Positions 30,881-41,386 of a stretch of 64,000 nt of DNA are shown here, piece by piece. Position numbers and translations under genes: made by a program. How positions within the stretch are numbered: the stretch's first letter is position 1; each line of letters opens with the position of its first letter. Origin of the DNA: an uncultured Candidatus Saccharibacteria bacterium (GTDB taxonomy: Bacteria; Patescibacteriota; Minisyncoccia; UBA6257); contig CAZUBI010000001.1 of the NCBI GenBank assembly GCA_964618625.1, positions 65,940-129,939 of the forward strand, read 5' to 3'. The notes beneath the pieces were generated by a model. The model saw only the letters and a program-made list of their open reading frames with translations. It did no database searches and had not been told where the DNA came from.

Positions 30881-32680
30881 TTAATTTAATAATTCTTTTG
30901 ATAATCTGTTAAATTTTGTCATTAAATCTTTGAGCGTTTTTTTGTCTTTATTTTTTTCCGCAACCTGAATCTCTTTTTCTATTTCTCCTAATATCTTCTT
31001 GGTATATTCCTTCTTTAATTCTTTTAATTCTTTATTAAATTCCTCATCAAAGGGAACCTGAAATTTTTCCAATAATTCTGTTTCATAATCAGCTCTCAAA
31101 GCTAATTGATTGATTTGATTAATTAAGTTTTCCGGTAAATTTACTTTTTTCAAATTTTCTGTACCCAAATCTTTTTCCGAGGAAATGTTTTTAATCACTT
31201 CAAAAATCTTTTGAAAATTCTCAGGAAAATATTCTTCATATCCAGAAACCTCCTTTTTTAATGAAGGCGTTTTTATTAAAAAAGATATTATTCTTTCAGC
31301 TATGCCATCTATCCGTGATTGCAATTGAGACGCAGGAAATTGATAGAGGGATTCATCCTCATCAGTAATATTCTCTTGATTGACTTCTTTTGATAATCTA
31401 CCTAATTCATCTTCAAGGACTTGTTCAGGGATATTTATAAAGCGCGAGAGCCTATTTATCCAAAAGGATCTATCTAAAACATTAATAAGTTTTTTGATTT
31501 TAGGAAGAAAATAAGAAGCTATAGCTTTTTTACCATCAATATTTGTTTTGTCGCCTGCGTTTTTAGCTCTGGTAAAATAAAAATCCATTATCGCCCCAGC
31601 TTGATTTATTAAATCTTTAATGTTTTCTTTGTTTTCTTTATCATTGAGATAATCGGCTAAATCTTTTCCCTGGGACAATCTTAGAATCTTTACATTAAAT
31701 TCTTTAGATAATGCTAATTCTATGCTCCTTTCAGCCGCTTTTTCTCCTGCTTCATCCATATCAAAACCTAAAACTAAAGTATTGTTATACCTTTTTAGAA
31801 TTTTTAATTGATAAGAAGTTAAAGCTGTTCCCGAAGTAGCTACTATATTTTTAATGCCTGTCTGCCAACCCATTAAAAAATCTGTTTGCCCTTCTACTAA
31901 TAAAGTACTTTCTTGAGAGCGTAGATAATTTTTGCTCTTTGATAAACCATATAAAATTTTACTTTTATCAAAGATTAAAGTTTGCGGGCTATTAATATAT
32001 TTCCCTATTTTTTCTATATCCCTAATCGTTTTTAAAGGAGTTTTGCCTTGAAAAATTCTGCCGGTAAAACCAACCATGTTTTGGGAGTAATCTTCTATAG
32101 GAAACATAATCCGTGAACGAAAACGATCGTATATTTCTGTGTTTTTAGAAATGGCTAGGCCACTAGCCACAATGTCTTCTGGTTTAAATTCTTTTTTTAT
32201 AAGAAAATCACTAAGAGATCGCCATTCATCAGAAGCCCAACCAAGATGAAATTCTTTTATTGTCTCTTGTTTAAAACCCCTTTTAATAAGATAATCTATA
32301 ACTTCTTTCTTTTTCCAAAGATTCTCTTCAAAAAATATCGCTGCTTCTTTATTAATATCAATCAACCTTTGTTTCTGAGAACGCACTTGAGGATTCTCAT
32401 AAGCTAATTTTACTCCCGCTTTTTGAGCTAATATTTTTAAAGCTTCTTTAAATTCAATATTTTCTATCTTCATTACAAAAGAAAAAATGTCACCTCCTAA
32501 AGAACACCCAAAACAATGCCAAATCTGACGGGATGGAGAAACAAAAAATGAAGGAGTTTTTTCTTTATGAAAAGGACAAAGAGCTCTATAATTAGCTCCT
32601 GCTTTTTGCAGTTTTACATACTGACCAACTACTTCTTTAATATCTAATTTATTTTTTATCTCTTCAGAAGAAGAAAGCAT
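30881..32680 (-). CDS. dnaG: DNA primase
   Basis: [11 protein letters not shown]...CFGC; YINSPQT; Toprim VEG..D, FDMDEAG. Confidence 0.97.
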   Translation of the reverse strand: MLSSSEEIKNKLDIKEVVGQYVKLQKAGANYRALCPFHKEKTPSFFVSPSRQIWHCFGCSLGGDIFSFVMKIENIEFKEALKILAQKAGVKLAYENPQVRSQKQRLIDINKEAAIFFEENLWKKKEVIDYLIKRGFKQETIKEFHLGWASDEWRSLSDFLIKKEFKPEDIVASGLAISKNTEIYDRFRSRIMFPIEDYSQNMVGFTGRIFQGKTPLKTIRDIEKIGKYINSPQTLIFDKSKILYGLSKSKNYLRSQESTLLVEGQTDFLMGWQTGIKNIVATSGTALTSYQLKILKRYNNTLVLGFDMDEAGEKAAERSIELALSKEFNVKILRLSQGKDLADYLNDKENKENIKDLINQAGAIMDFYFTRAKNAGDKTNIDGKKAIASYFLPKIKKLINVLDRSFWINRLSRFINIPEQVLEDELGRLSKEVNQENITDEDESLYQFPASQLQSRIDGIAERIISFLIKTPSLKKEVSGYEEYFPENFQKIFEVIKNISSEKDLGTENLKKVNLPENLINQINQLALRADYETELLEKFQVPFDEEFNKELKELKKEYTKKILGEIEKEIQVAEKNKDKKTLKDLMTKFNRLSKELLN

Positions 32681-32715
32681 ACTTAAATAATTCTTAATTT
32701 TTTAATTTTAAATTT

Positions 32716-33081
32716 TTAAAATCTGAGAAGAATTTTGGGAATAAAGATTATAAATCCTAAAATAAGCGCTGTCAAACAAGCTATAAGAACTGCTCCTGCT
32801 ATTAAATCTTTAATCATTCTAATTTTATCAGAAATATATGGTTCTAAAAAATCTAATGTTTTTTCAAGAACAGTATTTAATATTTCTAAACTAAGAATAG
32901 AACCGATGAGAAAAATTATTATAAGCCATTCAAAATAAAAAATTTGCAGCCAAAATCCGAGAATTAATGTTCCAATTGCTATAAGAAACATTAAAAGAAA
33001 ACTTTGTTGCAAAAATACATATTTTATTCCTTGAGAAGCATGATATATACTTTTGAGTAATTCTTTGAAAGAAAGTTTCAT
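32716..33081 (-). CDS. dgkA: prokaryotic diacylglycerol/undecaprenol kinase family
   Basis: EILNTVLEK..D, KDLIAGAV. Confidence 0.88.
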   Translation of the reverse strand: MKLSFKELLKSIYHASQGIKYVFLQQSFLLMFLIAIGTLILGFWLQIFYFEWLIIIFLIGSILSLEILNTVLEKTLDFLEPYISDKIRMIKDLIAGAVLIACLTALILGFIIFIPKILLRF

Positions 33082-33100
33082 TGATAATTTCTCTTTTTAA

Positions 33101-34654
33101 TTAAGTATCCTGACCAAAAATATTTTTAATTACTTCCTTTATTTCTTCTTTTTTTGGTTTAATTTTAGATTGAGTATACTGAACAGAATTTGTATGCGCT
33201 GAATTTTTTCCTCTTTGTCTTCGTATTTCTTTAAAACATTCATCACAATAAACAGGCCTGTCAGGATCTGGCCGAAAAGGCACAATAATTCTTTTTCCAC
33301 ACTGAGAACATACAGCTTCCCAGCCTTCTTTAACGCCAGCTTTTCTGCTTCTAGTATCTCCTGCCTTGGAGCTTGGAGAAAAATCCAATAACTCCCAATG
33401 CGCGATATTCTTTTCAACTTCTTGCCGCAAAGCCGCATAATGCTCGCGTGAATACTGAATCATTTCCTGTATAAATGACTGCTTTGGCAAACTGGAAGGC
33501 GGTATGTTCATTGCTGAAAAACTCTTGGATAAAATACCGTCAATCATTAACTTTATATAAAAATTATAATTTGGGAGGTTAATTAAGTTCTCTTTTGAAA
33601 ATTCTGGGGCGAAATATTTTTCTAATAATTCTGCGTCTTCAGGACCTAATCTAAAAGAAACCAAAGTTCCTATATTGCCAAAAATAGAATCTTTAACCTG
33701 CTCATTAAGTTGAGCTATATATTGGTGAGCTAAAATTAAATTTAAACGATATTTTCTAGCTTCGGCAAAAATAGAAGCAAATGATTCAGTGGAAAAATTT
33801 TGAAATTCATCTACATATAAATAAAAATCTTTTCTTTGCTCTTCAGGAACATCTATACGACTCATTGCAGCTAATTGTATTTTTGTAACTAAAAGAGCCC
33901 CCAAAAGACTAGAATTATCCTCCCCGATCATGCCTTTTGATAGATTGGCTAAAAGAATTTTACCTTCATCCATTATTTGCCTGATATCAATCTTTGATTC
34001 TTTCTGTCCAATAATATTCCTAATTAAAGGGTTGGAGATAAATTGTCCAATCTTATTTTGAATTGGGGCAATTGCTTCTGTCGCAAAACGGACATTATAA
34101 CGAGCAAACTCTCTTTCCCAAAAAGATCTAACTATGGGATCTGTCACCTTTTTCATTACTGCTTTACGAAAATCTTCGTCAGAAAGCAATCTGTTTACAG
34201 CCAAAAGCGTTGCGCCAGGGTATTCTAAAAGAGCCAGTAAAGCATTATTTAAAATATATTCCATTCTAGCAGACCATACATCCGGCCAGATTTTTTTAAA
34301 AACACCCATTAAACCCGCCACAACCAAATGTCGATATTCTACTGAAACTTCTTCAATAACATTAAAAGCAATCGGCCATTCAATATCGCCAGGATTAAAA
34401 TAAACCACATCTTTTATTCTGTTTTCAGGAATAAAGTAAAGAATTCTATTTATCAATTCTCCATGAGGATCAATGACACATACGCCTTTGCCATTATTAA
34501 TATCCTGCATAATCATATTCTCCACCATCGTTGTCTTGCCTACCCCGCTCTTTCCAACTAAATACATATGCCGACGCCTATCGTCAGTTTTAATTCCAAA
34601 TCGCTGAAATTCATCCCTGAAATTTGTTATCCCAATATGATTTATATCGCCCAT
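33101..34654 (-). CDS. VirB4/TraG/HerA-like ATPase with C-terminal CxxC-x17-CxxC domain
   Basis: GKSGVGKT, IDPHG, YVDEFQNF, EARKYRL; CSQC...CDEC. Confidence 0.85.
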   Translation of the reverse strand: MGDINHIGITNFRDEFQRFGIKTDDRRRHMYLVGKSGVGKTTMVENMIMQDINNGKGVCVIDPHGELINRILYFIPENRIKDVVYFNPGDIEWPIAFNVIEEVSVEYRHLVVAGLMGVFKKIWPDVWSARMEYILNNALLALLEYPGATLLAVNRLLSDEDFRKAVMKKVTDPIVRSFWEREFARYNVRFATEAIAPIQNKIGQFISNPLIRNIIGQKESKIDIRQIMDEGKILLANLSKGMIGEDNSSLLGALLVTKIQLAAMSRIDVPEEQRKDFYLYVDEFQNFSTESFASIFAEARKYRLNLILAHQYIAQLNEQVKDSIFGNIGTLVSFRLGPEDAELLEKYFAPEFSKENLINLPNYNFYIKLMIDGILSKSFSAMNIPPSSLPKQSFIQEMIQYSREHYAALRQEVEKNIAHWELLDFSPSSKAGDTRSRKAGVKEGWEAVCSQCGKRIIVPFRPDPDRPVYCDECFKEIRRQRGKNSAHTNSVQYTQSKIKPKKEEIKEVIKNIFGQDT

Positions 34655-34700
34655 ATTAATATAGTTTTTTAATTCTCAATTTTTAATATTCCAATGTATA

Positions 34701-34778
34701 GAGTTTGAGGCAAAGATGATTGTTGAAAAAAACTGTAGCGATTAGCGTGTTTTTAAAACAATCATCTGAGCCTAACTC
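34701..34778 (+). repeat. family A element, copy 6
   Basis: Core match; AGATGATTGTT/AACAATCATCT plus AGGC/GCCT and GAGTT/AACTC arms. Confidence 0.9.
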
Positions 34779-34783
34779 GATTA

Positions 34784-35974
34784 CTACTCCACTGGTAACC
34801 CTGTTGGCGGTTCCCCTTTCTTACTCAAAACTCTAGTTAATGTAGGAGTTACAACTTTTAATGCTGGGAAATGGTAAACAGTCGCTAATTCTTCTGTATT
34901 TAAAATTATGGGATCTTGTGTTCGTGCTCGCTTCAAGCAACTTTGATAAAGATCCATCTTTTTCAAAAATAATCTTCTGTTCTGTAAAAATCTGGTTTTA
35001 AGAATTGTGGAAGCGTCTTTGTTAATCTTAAAACCATTCAAGTTTTTTGAATTAAATTGCTTCAAAAAAGCCATAAAAGCGGAAATATTAGATTCATTAA
35101 AAATCTTTTTTGGAGAAATATAAAGTAACCTTATGCTTGTATTAAATGATAATTGTTTTATTTTATTTTCAATTGATTTAATTACATCCTTTTCTCCAGA
35201 TGAAAGGACTATAGATGGCTCATTTTTCTTCTCTTCTTTTGTGGGCCAAACCAAAGGTTCAAATAGTCCTACTAAAAGATTTCTAAAAAAAGCACCGATC
35301 CAATCCAGCCAAGTAATTTTTTCCTCCTTTTTGCCTAACATAGTGTTAGTTTGTTTCTTTCCTTCATTTATAAACTTTTCCTCATCTTTATCAGAAAGAG
35401 GCTTAATAAGAATCTCTAAAATAAACCATTCAGATTTTTGAAGCTTGGCAATACTTTCTGCAAAACTTGATATTGGATCAATTCTTTTCTCTTCTTTTAA
35501 TTCCTCAAAATAAGAATAAGTTTTAATAGGGTAATAATTTTCTTTTTCTAAAATAATTTCTGTTCCCCATAAATCAAAATCCTTATTTGGCAAATGAGCT
35601 GGAAGACGTAAAAAATAATCATCAATTTCTTCAATTTCTATTTCTGGATATTGCGCGTAAAACTGTGACTCTATTAAATTTTTATATTCTTTAGGAACGC
35701 GAACAATAAAATATAGCTCTCTATCCATTCCAACCAGTTCTAAACAAATATGGCCTTTTTCTATAACATGAAAACCATTAAATACTTGCTCCATTGCTTT
35801 AGGGGTTTGTAAAATCTCACGATTAATTTTCACTTGCAAAGTAACCCAATCTTTTATCTCTTCTTTTTCTTTTTCTTTTTTTTCTTTATACTTTTTATTT
35901 AAATCAATAAAAAACTTCCCCAAAATAATAAGGGCTAATAGCCACCAAAATTCACGAATAATCTCTCCTAACAT
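34784..35974 (-). CDS. conserved CPR protein accompanying the VirB4-like ATPase
   Basis: TPKAMEQVF, AQYPEIEI, ILNTEELATVYHFP, EPP.GLP. Confidence 0.7.
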   Translation of the reverse strand: MLGEIIREFWWLLALIILGKFFIDLNKKYKEKKEKEKEEIKDWVTLQVKINREILQTPKAMEQVFNGFHVIEKGHICLELVGMDRELYFIVRVPKEYKNLIESQFYAQYPEIEIEEIDDYFLRLPAHLPNKDFDLWGTEIILEKENYYPIKTYSYFEELKEEKRIDPISSFAESIAKLQKSEWFILEILIKPLSDKDEEKFINEGKKQTNTMLGKKEEKITWLDWIGAFFRNLLVGLFEPLVWPTKEEKKNEPSIVLSSGEKDVIKSIENKIKQLSFNTSIRLLYISPKKIFNESNISAFMAFLKQFNSKNLNGFKINKDASTILKTRFLQNRRLFLKKMDLYQSCLKRARTQDPIILNTEELATVYHFPALKVVTPTLTRVLSKKGEPPTGLPVE

Positions 35975-37077
35975 TAAACCTCTAATATTTTATAAGACCT
36001 AATTAAGCTATAATATTTATTCGGCAATTTTTTAAAATATCTCTTATTATGAAGATTTAAAATAATAGTATTATCTTTAGCCATTCTGCGTTTTTTAACT
36101 TCCTTGATGATTGTTTCCTGTTTTAACGACTTTCCTGCCTCTTTCAAGATATCTTTAATAACATTGATTATCTTTCCGGGTTTATAACCCCATTCCCCTA
36201 ACGCATAAATTCCCCTTCCAATAAGAACAAAGCGAGAATCACGAATTAGTTCATTGTGCACTGTTTGAACACATACTTTCTTCTGCCAAGAATGAGAAGC
36301 CACAGATGCTGGAATAGTTATTGCATTACATTCATTAAGGCGTTTTGTAATATCAGAAAAATGTAATGGCTTTTTAGAATGTTTCATTATCAAATATGCC
36401 CTATCACGAGCGCCAGATGGATCTATTTCCATCCAATCAAATAAACCATACTCGCCAAAAGGATTCATGCCAACCTTCTTTGATATTTCTAAACATGCCT
36501 TTAGTTCTTCCTTATTAATACTAGATGAAACATTATTTTTAACCGAAGCTAATATTTCGTCTATCAGACAAGTTGATTGTTTTTTCTTAAAGAACCCTTC
36601 TATATCTTTAATATTCTTATAAATTTTATTTTTGGAAATCCTGGAAAAATGCCAAAAACTATTGTACAAATCATTTTCTTCTTCAAATGAAAAATTAGGA
36701 TTTAATGCCAATAAAAATCTAATCACCGACAAATTTCCTTTTGATTCTTTAAACTGTTTATCTATTTTTACAAGAAATCTCTCGTTCTCATCTACTCCTC
36801 TACTCTGTCTTAAAATTTGCCCAGCTTGTTTTATAAAAACATCAGCCATTTTTAAAACAGGCTGTTTTTTAACAGTTTTTAAAGCTACCTCTATAATTTG
36901 CCTGATTCTTTCTCGGGTAACTTTATAATCCCGACCAACTGCCTCTAATGTTTTAGGATCGTTATTATCTAAACCAAATCTTTTCTTAACAATGTCCTGC
37001 GTGCGAGAGGGTAAAATAGCAATGATTTTAAGAGCCAATTGGTATGGACTCTCTTTATTTAAATTAGAATTTTTCAT
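35974..37077 (-). CDS. sigma70 region-4 plus HARE-HTH domain protein
   Basis: RFGL....[17 protein letters not shown]; TVHNELIRD.RFVLIGRGIYAL. Confidence 0.75.
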   Translation of the reverse strand: MKNSNLNKESPYQLALKIIAILPSRTQDIVKKRFGLDNNDPKTLEAVGRDYKVTRERIRQIIEVALKTVKKQPVLKMADVFIKQAGQILRQSRGVDENERFLVKIDKQFKESKGNLSVIRFLLALNPNFSFEEENDLYNSFWHFSRISKNKIYKNIKDIEGFFKKKQSTCLIDEILASVKNNVSSSINKEELKACLEISKKVGMNPFGEYGLFDWMEIDPSGARDRAYLIMKHSKKPLHFSDITKRLNECNAITIPASVASHSWQKKVCVQTVHNELIRDSRFVLIGRGIYALGEWGYKPGKIINVIKDILKEAGKSLKQETIIKEVKKRRMAKDNTIILNLHNKRYFKKLPNKYYSLIRSYKILEV

Positions 37078-37111
37078 GTTTGTTAATAATTAAAACTTAA
37101 TAGTTTTAATT

Positions 37112-37163
37112 CAACGTTCTTGAGCAAAGCCACGTTTGACGTGGCGAAGCAAAAGGTTGTTAT
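37112..37163. repeat. REP-like GC hairpin related to family D
   Basis: GCCACGT-TTG-ACGTGGC nested in TGAGCAAAGC...AGGTTGTTAT. Confidence 0.45.
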
Positions 37164-37194
37164 ATTATAATTAAAGCAAGAATTTAGCAAAGAG

Positions 37195-38076
37195 TCAACC
37201 CTTTTTAGACCAATCATATAATAATGGAGCAGCAAGACAAATTGAAGAATAAGTACCTATTATTACACCGCTAATCATTGCTATCACCAGTATTTTAATA
37301 GAAATAGGGCCTAAAAAATATAAAGCTATCAAAGGAAAAGTTGTTGTAAGGGATGTATTTAAAGATCGCAAAAGGGTTTGATTAATGCTTAAATTGATAA
37401 TTCCAGTCAAACTTTCTTTTGTTTTTAAACGTATATTTTCCCTAACCCTATCAAAAACTACTATTGTGTCATGAACAGAATAACCGGCTACTACCAATAA
37501 GGCCACCAAAAAATCCGAATTTACTTCCCAGCCTTTTAATTTTCCCAACAAAGAAAACAAACCTATAATGAACACTGCATCGTGCATCAATACTAAAACT
37601 GCCAAAATCCCGTAACGATAAGATGGAACACGAAAAGAAGAATGGTGAAAAGCATAGGAAAGATATGCTAAAATTCCAAAAAAGACCAAAAGAACCGCCC
37701 AAATAGATTTGGATTTCAATTCTTGACCAATAGAAGGGCCAATTGACTCAAATTTTCTTTCCTGAATTAAAGGAATTATCCCTTGTAATCCTTTAAATAA
37801 TTGAACGTGTTTTTCTTCGGAAATATTAGAAAAACGTAATATTAAACTATCTTCGTTTGTGGTTTGAACATTAATTTGCCCTAATCCTTCATTTTCTAAA
37901 TAATCAACAATTTTAATCGCATCATTTTTAATATTTAAGGATGTTATCTCCCAAAGACTTCCACCAGTAAAATCAATTCCCCAATTAAACCCAAAAATCG
38001 AAAGACATAAAAAAGAACCAGCAATCATTGCTATTGAAAACCCATAAAAGATGTTCCGTTTATTAATAAAATCCAT
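37195..38076 (-). CDS. secF: protein translocase SecF
   Basis: GIDFTGG, GYSVHDTIVVFDRVRE, RSLNTSLT. Confidence 0.96.
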   Translation of the reverse strand: MDFINKRNIFYGFSIAMIAGSFLCLSIFGFNWGIDFTGGSLWEITSLNIKNDAIKIVDYLENEGLGQINVQTTNEDSLILRFSNISEEKHVQLFKGLQGIIPLIQERKFESIGPSIGQELKSKSIWAVLLVFFGILAYLSYAFHHSSFRVPSYRYGILAVLVLMHDAVFIIGLFSLLGKLKGWEVNSDFLVALLVVAGYSVHDTIVVFDRVRENIRLKTKESLTGIINLSINQTLLRSLNTSLTTTFPLIALYFLGPISIKILVIAMISGVIIGTYSSICLAAPLLYDWSKKG

Positions 38077-38078
38077 AA

Positions 38079-39401
38079 CTACTTATTTGTTATTAATGTC
38101 TGCAAAAATATCCTTGTGATATACAAAGCGGTAATTAAACTCACACCCACTCCAATTGCCAATGTAACAGAAAACCCTCTTATCATACTTGATGTAAAAT
38201 AATAAAGAATTACAGCAGAAATTATTGTAGCGATATTAGAATCTCGAATAGCTGGCCATGATCTTTGAAAACCGTCTTCCATAGAAATCCTCATCGGTTT
38301 ATTTTTTTTAATTTCTTCCTTGGCATGTTCAAAAATTAAAATATTTGCATCCACAGCCATACCAATAGAAAGAATAAACCCGGTAATACCCGCTAAGGTA
38401 AGAGTCACTGGTAAGGCTTTAAAAATGCCCATTGTTAAAATAACATAGATTATTAAAGAAATTGAAGCCAAAAACCCCGGCATACGATAAATCAAAATCA
38501 TAAATATAAGAACTAAAACAAATCCTAAAAGGGCCGCTTTAGCAATTTTCTGAATCGATTCTTCGCCTAAAACAGCGCCAACTGATTGTTGAGAAATTAA
38601 ATTAATTGGGACAGGTAAAGCGCCTTGGTTCAATCTCGTTACTAATTCTTTTGCTTCTGATAAACTAAATCTTCCAGAAATCTGGGCCTTGCCTGAAGGA
38701 ATTTCTTCCCGTACTATAGGAATACTAATTGGATAATTATCTAAATAAATTGCTAGTGGTTGCCCTATATTCTTTTTTGTCAAAGCAGCAAAAATCTTTG
38801 TACCTTCATCATTAAATTGAAGATTAATTATAGGTAAAGAAGTATTTTGATCAAAACTCAATTCTGCTCTTTCTAAATATTGTCCTGTTAAAGAAGTCTG
38901 TTTAAAATATGGATCAGTCTGCATGATTCTTAAATCAGAATTTTCCTTTTTCGCTTCTTCCTCTTGTAATTCTAATATGGCTTTAGCCTCCTCTTCTGTA
39001 CGAACCTCTTTAAATTCTAAATAAGGAGTTTCTCCAATCATTTTTATTGCTTCTTGAATATCTTTAATTCCGGCTAATTCCACTATTAAACGCCATTTTT
39101 CTCCACTTCTATTTATTTGCACACGCGGTTCTCTAACCCCTGAATAATTTATACGCCTTTCTATTACATCTCTTAAACCATCCATTGCTGAAGCATAATC
39201 AGAAACTTCAATATTATTTAAATCAGCTTCGTAAAGTAAAAGTGTTCCGCCAGAAACATCCAATCCAAAGCTAAAAGACCTGTCAAAAAAACGGGGAAGT
39301 TCAATCCCCCTTTCTTTTAATCCATCAGGATAAACAAAAGCCCCCAATAAAATGGTGACTATAAAAATACCAATAATAATTAATAACTTTTTGTAGTTCA
39401 T
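38079..39401 (-). CDS. secD: protein translocase SecD
   Basis: GLDVSGG, GALPVP, IGMAVDANILIFE. Confidence 0.96.
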   Translation of the reverse strand: MNYKKLLIIIGIFIVTILLGAFVYPDGLKERGIELPRFFDRSFSFGLDVSGGTLLLYEADLNNIEVSDYASAMDGLRDVIERRINYSGVREPRVQINRSGEKWRLIVELAGIKDIQEAIKMIGETPYLEFKEVRTEEEAKAILELQEEEAKKENSDLRIMQTDPYFKQTSLTGQYLERAELSFDQNTSLPIINLQFNDEGTKIFAALTKKNIGQPLAIYLDNYPISIPIVREEIPSGKAQISGRFSLSEAKELVTRLNQGALPVPINLISQQSVGAVLGEESIQKIAKAALLGFVLVLIFMILIYRMPGFLASISLIIYVILTMGIFKALPVTLTLAGITGFILSIGMAVDANILIFEHAKEEIKKNKPMRISMEDGFQRSWPAIRDSNIATIISAVILYYFTSSMIRGFSVTLAIGVGVSLITALYITRIFLQTLITNK

Positions 39402-39494
39402 TTCCTAATTCTTTACAATCCTATCAAAAATTTTAATTAAGTATAATTTAACACAACTGTTATGGTTTGTCTATTTTCTGATTATATCATTATA

Positions 39495-39677
39495 TTAAAG
39501 CCCAATCTGAATAGATATTTTTAAAAAGAAAAAAATTATAATCCAAAAAATTGATGTGAATATTACTCCGGCTATAAAGCCAGAAAGAGAAGAAGCTAAT
39601 GTTTCACCTATTTTGAATTTAAATTGCCGTTGCTCTTCAGAAATAAAATCTCTGGAAAAATTCTGTAATTTATTCAT
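39495..39677 (-). CDS. small hypothetical membrane protein
   Basis: 60-aa ORF with C-terminal TM. Confidence 0.55.
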   Translation of the reverse strand: MNKLQNFSRDFISEEQRQFKFKIGETLASSLSGFIAGVIFTSIFWIIIFFFLKISIQIGL

Positions 39678-39744
39678 ATTTTTTTATTATTTATAAATAT
39701 ATTATTTATATCACTTTTATTATACCACAATTCTTTTTGAAAAT

Positions 39745-39791
39745 AAAAAAGTCGCATCCCAACAGCTTTATACTGTGAGAGGGATGCGACT
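39745..39791 (-). terminator. intrinsic terminator after fabD
   Basis: GTCGCATCCC...GGGATGCGAC followed by T-tract on minus strand. Confidence 0.75.
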
Positions 39792-39799
39792 GGTAGAAA

Positions 39800-40729
39800 C
39801 TATTTTGCTTTTTCTGAGAGAAAAGCCATCAGTGTTGCATAGTCTTGTATATTGTTGACCACAAAATTCTTGTCAATTTGTTTTATCAGTTCAGAGATAA
39901 CTTTTCCCGGCCCAAATTCAAGATAAGATTTGACTCCATTGTCTGTAAACCAATTTATACAAAACACCCATTTTACTAAAGATGTAACTTGTTTCACCAT
40001 AGTTTTTTTGATTTCTTCAGAACTGCCATGAGGCTGTCCAGTAACGTTTGCCACTACAGGTATTGAAAGAGGTTTTATGTCTATGCCGTTAAGAAAATTC
40101 TCCAGTTTTCTCGCAGCGGATTTCATCAATGAAGAATGAAATGCGCCTGCGACATTAAGTACAATCACGCTTCTGGCGTCCATCTCCTTTGCAATCCTCT
40201 CAGCCTCTGCAATGCCGGTTTTTTCGCCCGACAAAACCGTCTGTTCCAGTGAATTAAAATTGGCTATTTCTATCCCCGTTTTTTTGCAAATCTCTTCCAG
40301 TTTTTCCATGGGAAGTCCAATAATACTGACCATTCCACCCTGTTTTTCCTCACAAGCTTCCTGCATAAAACGGCCACGGGCTTCCAGTACACGCAAAGTA
40401 TCTTCAAACGAAAGACCACCTGCAACATGAAGTGCGGTCCATTCGCCCAGGCTAAGCCCCGCCATTCCTTTAAGCACCGGGTTTCCCGCTTCTTCTGCGA
40501 ACGCTGTGTAACAAGCCACACTGATTACAAAAATTCCCGGCTGACAATTACTTGATTCTGTCAGTTTAGATTTCGGACCCTCAAAACAGATTTTTGAGAG
40601 GTTATATCCAAGAACTGCATCAGCCTTATCAAAAAGCATTTTACATTCAGGGTATGCTTCAACAAGATCCTTTCCCATTCCAATATATTGCGCGCCTTGT
40701 CCTGCAAAAACAACAGCTTTATCGTTCAT
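39800..40729 (-). CDS. fabD: malonyl-CoA:ACP transacylase
   Basis: FAGQGAQ, GLSLGE, GAFHS, EFGPG; start reset to MNDKAVV (SD AGGAG) because the longer ORF overlaps tRNA-Lys. Confidence 0.93.
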   Translation of the reverse strand: MNDKAVVFAGQGAQYIGMGKDLVEAYPECKMLFDKADAVLGYNLSKICFEGPKSKLTESSNCQPGIFVISVACYTAFAEEAGNPVLKGMAGLSLGEWTALHVAGGLSFEDTLRVLEARGRFMQEACEEKQGGMVSIIGLPMEKLEEICKKTGIEIANFNSLEQTVLSGEKTGIAEAERIAKEMDARSVIVLNVAGAFHSSLMKSAARKLENFLNGIDIKPLSIPVVANVTGQPHGSSEEIKKTMVKQVTSLVKWVFCINWFTDNGVKSYLEFGPGKVISELIKQIDKNFVVNNIQDYATLMAFLSEKAK

Positions 40730-40786
40730 AACTCTCTCCTTTCCCTGTTCAGGGTTTTTAAAAATTTTAAATGTGCAATCCACGCT

Positions 40787-40860
40787 TGGTGCCCCCAGGA
40801 GGAATCGAACCTCCATCAATAGCTTAAAAGGCTACTGCTTTTCCGTTAAGCCATGGGGGC
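40787..40860 (-). tRNA. tRNA-Lys(UUU)
   Basis: Cloverleaf; anticodon loop CTTTTAA; GGTTCGATTCC; encoded CCA. Confidence 0.93.
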
Positions 40861-40865
40861 AATAA

Positions 40866-41345
40866 TTATTCTTCTTTTTTGTCTTTTATTTTCTCAATCT
40901 TTTTTTCTAGTCGCTTTTCAAGCGGCAAAACAACAAAATTAATTAAAAGAATTAATATTGTGACAGATATTGCCAACCAATATAGTTCTAATCCTACTGC
41001 CGCTCCAACAGCTGCTGTTGTCCACATCATCGCTGCTGTAGTCAACCCCTCAATTTTGCCTTCTCTTTGCCTAAAAATGATAATTCCAGCACCTAAAAAT
41101 CCTATACCAACAATAATCTGCCCCAAAGTTCGTGAAGGATCTAAGCTTGATATTCCAAGATATTGGCTAAAACTCAAACGGGAAATCATTACAAATAAAG
41201 CTGCTCCTAAACTAATTAAAGAAAATGTTCTTAATCCTGCTGCTCTTTGAGCCCATTCTCTTTCAAGACCAATTAAAGCACCGAGCATAGCTGCCAATAT
41301 TAAACTCTTCAAACTTAAAATAAAAATACTTGACGAAATATCCAT
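40866..41345 (-). CDS. MgtC/SapB family membrane protein
   Basis: IGLERE....AGLRT, GIGFLGAG, GLTTAA. Confidence 0.93.
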   Translation of the reverse strand: MDISSSIFILSLKSLILAAMLGALIGLEREWAQRAAGLRTFSLISLGAALFVMISRLSFSQYLGISSLDPSRTLGQIIVGIGFLGAGIIIFRQREGKIEGLTTAAMMWTTAAVGAAVGLELYWLAISVTILILLINFVVLPLEKRLEKKIEKIKDKKEE

Positions 41346-41386
41346 TGTAGAATACTATAGCACTAGAAAAATCAAAAATCAATAAT

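Noticed and set aside
40730-40819. N-terminal extensions of fabD (likewise acyP 52336-52404, rplJ 56548-56604, ORF 49985-50008)
   Set aside because: They overlap a tRNA, a repeat, a leader or a DnaA box; downstream starts fit the protein families.
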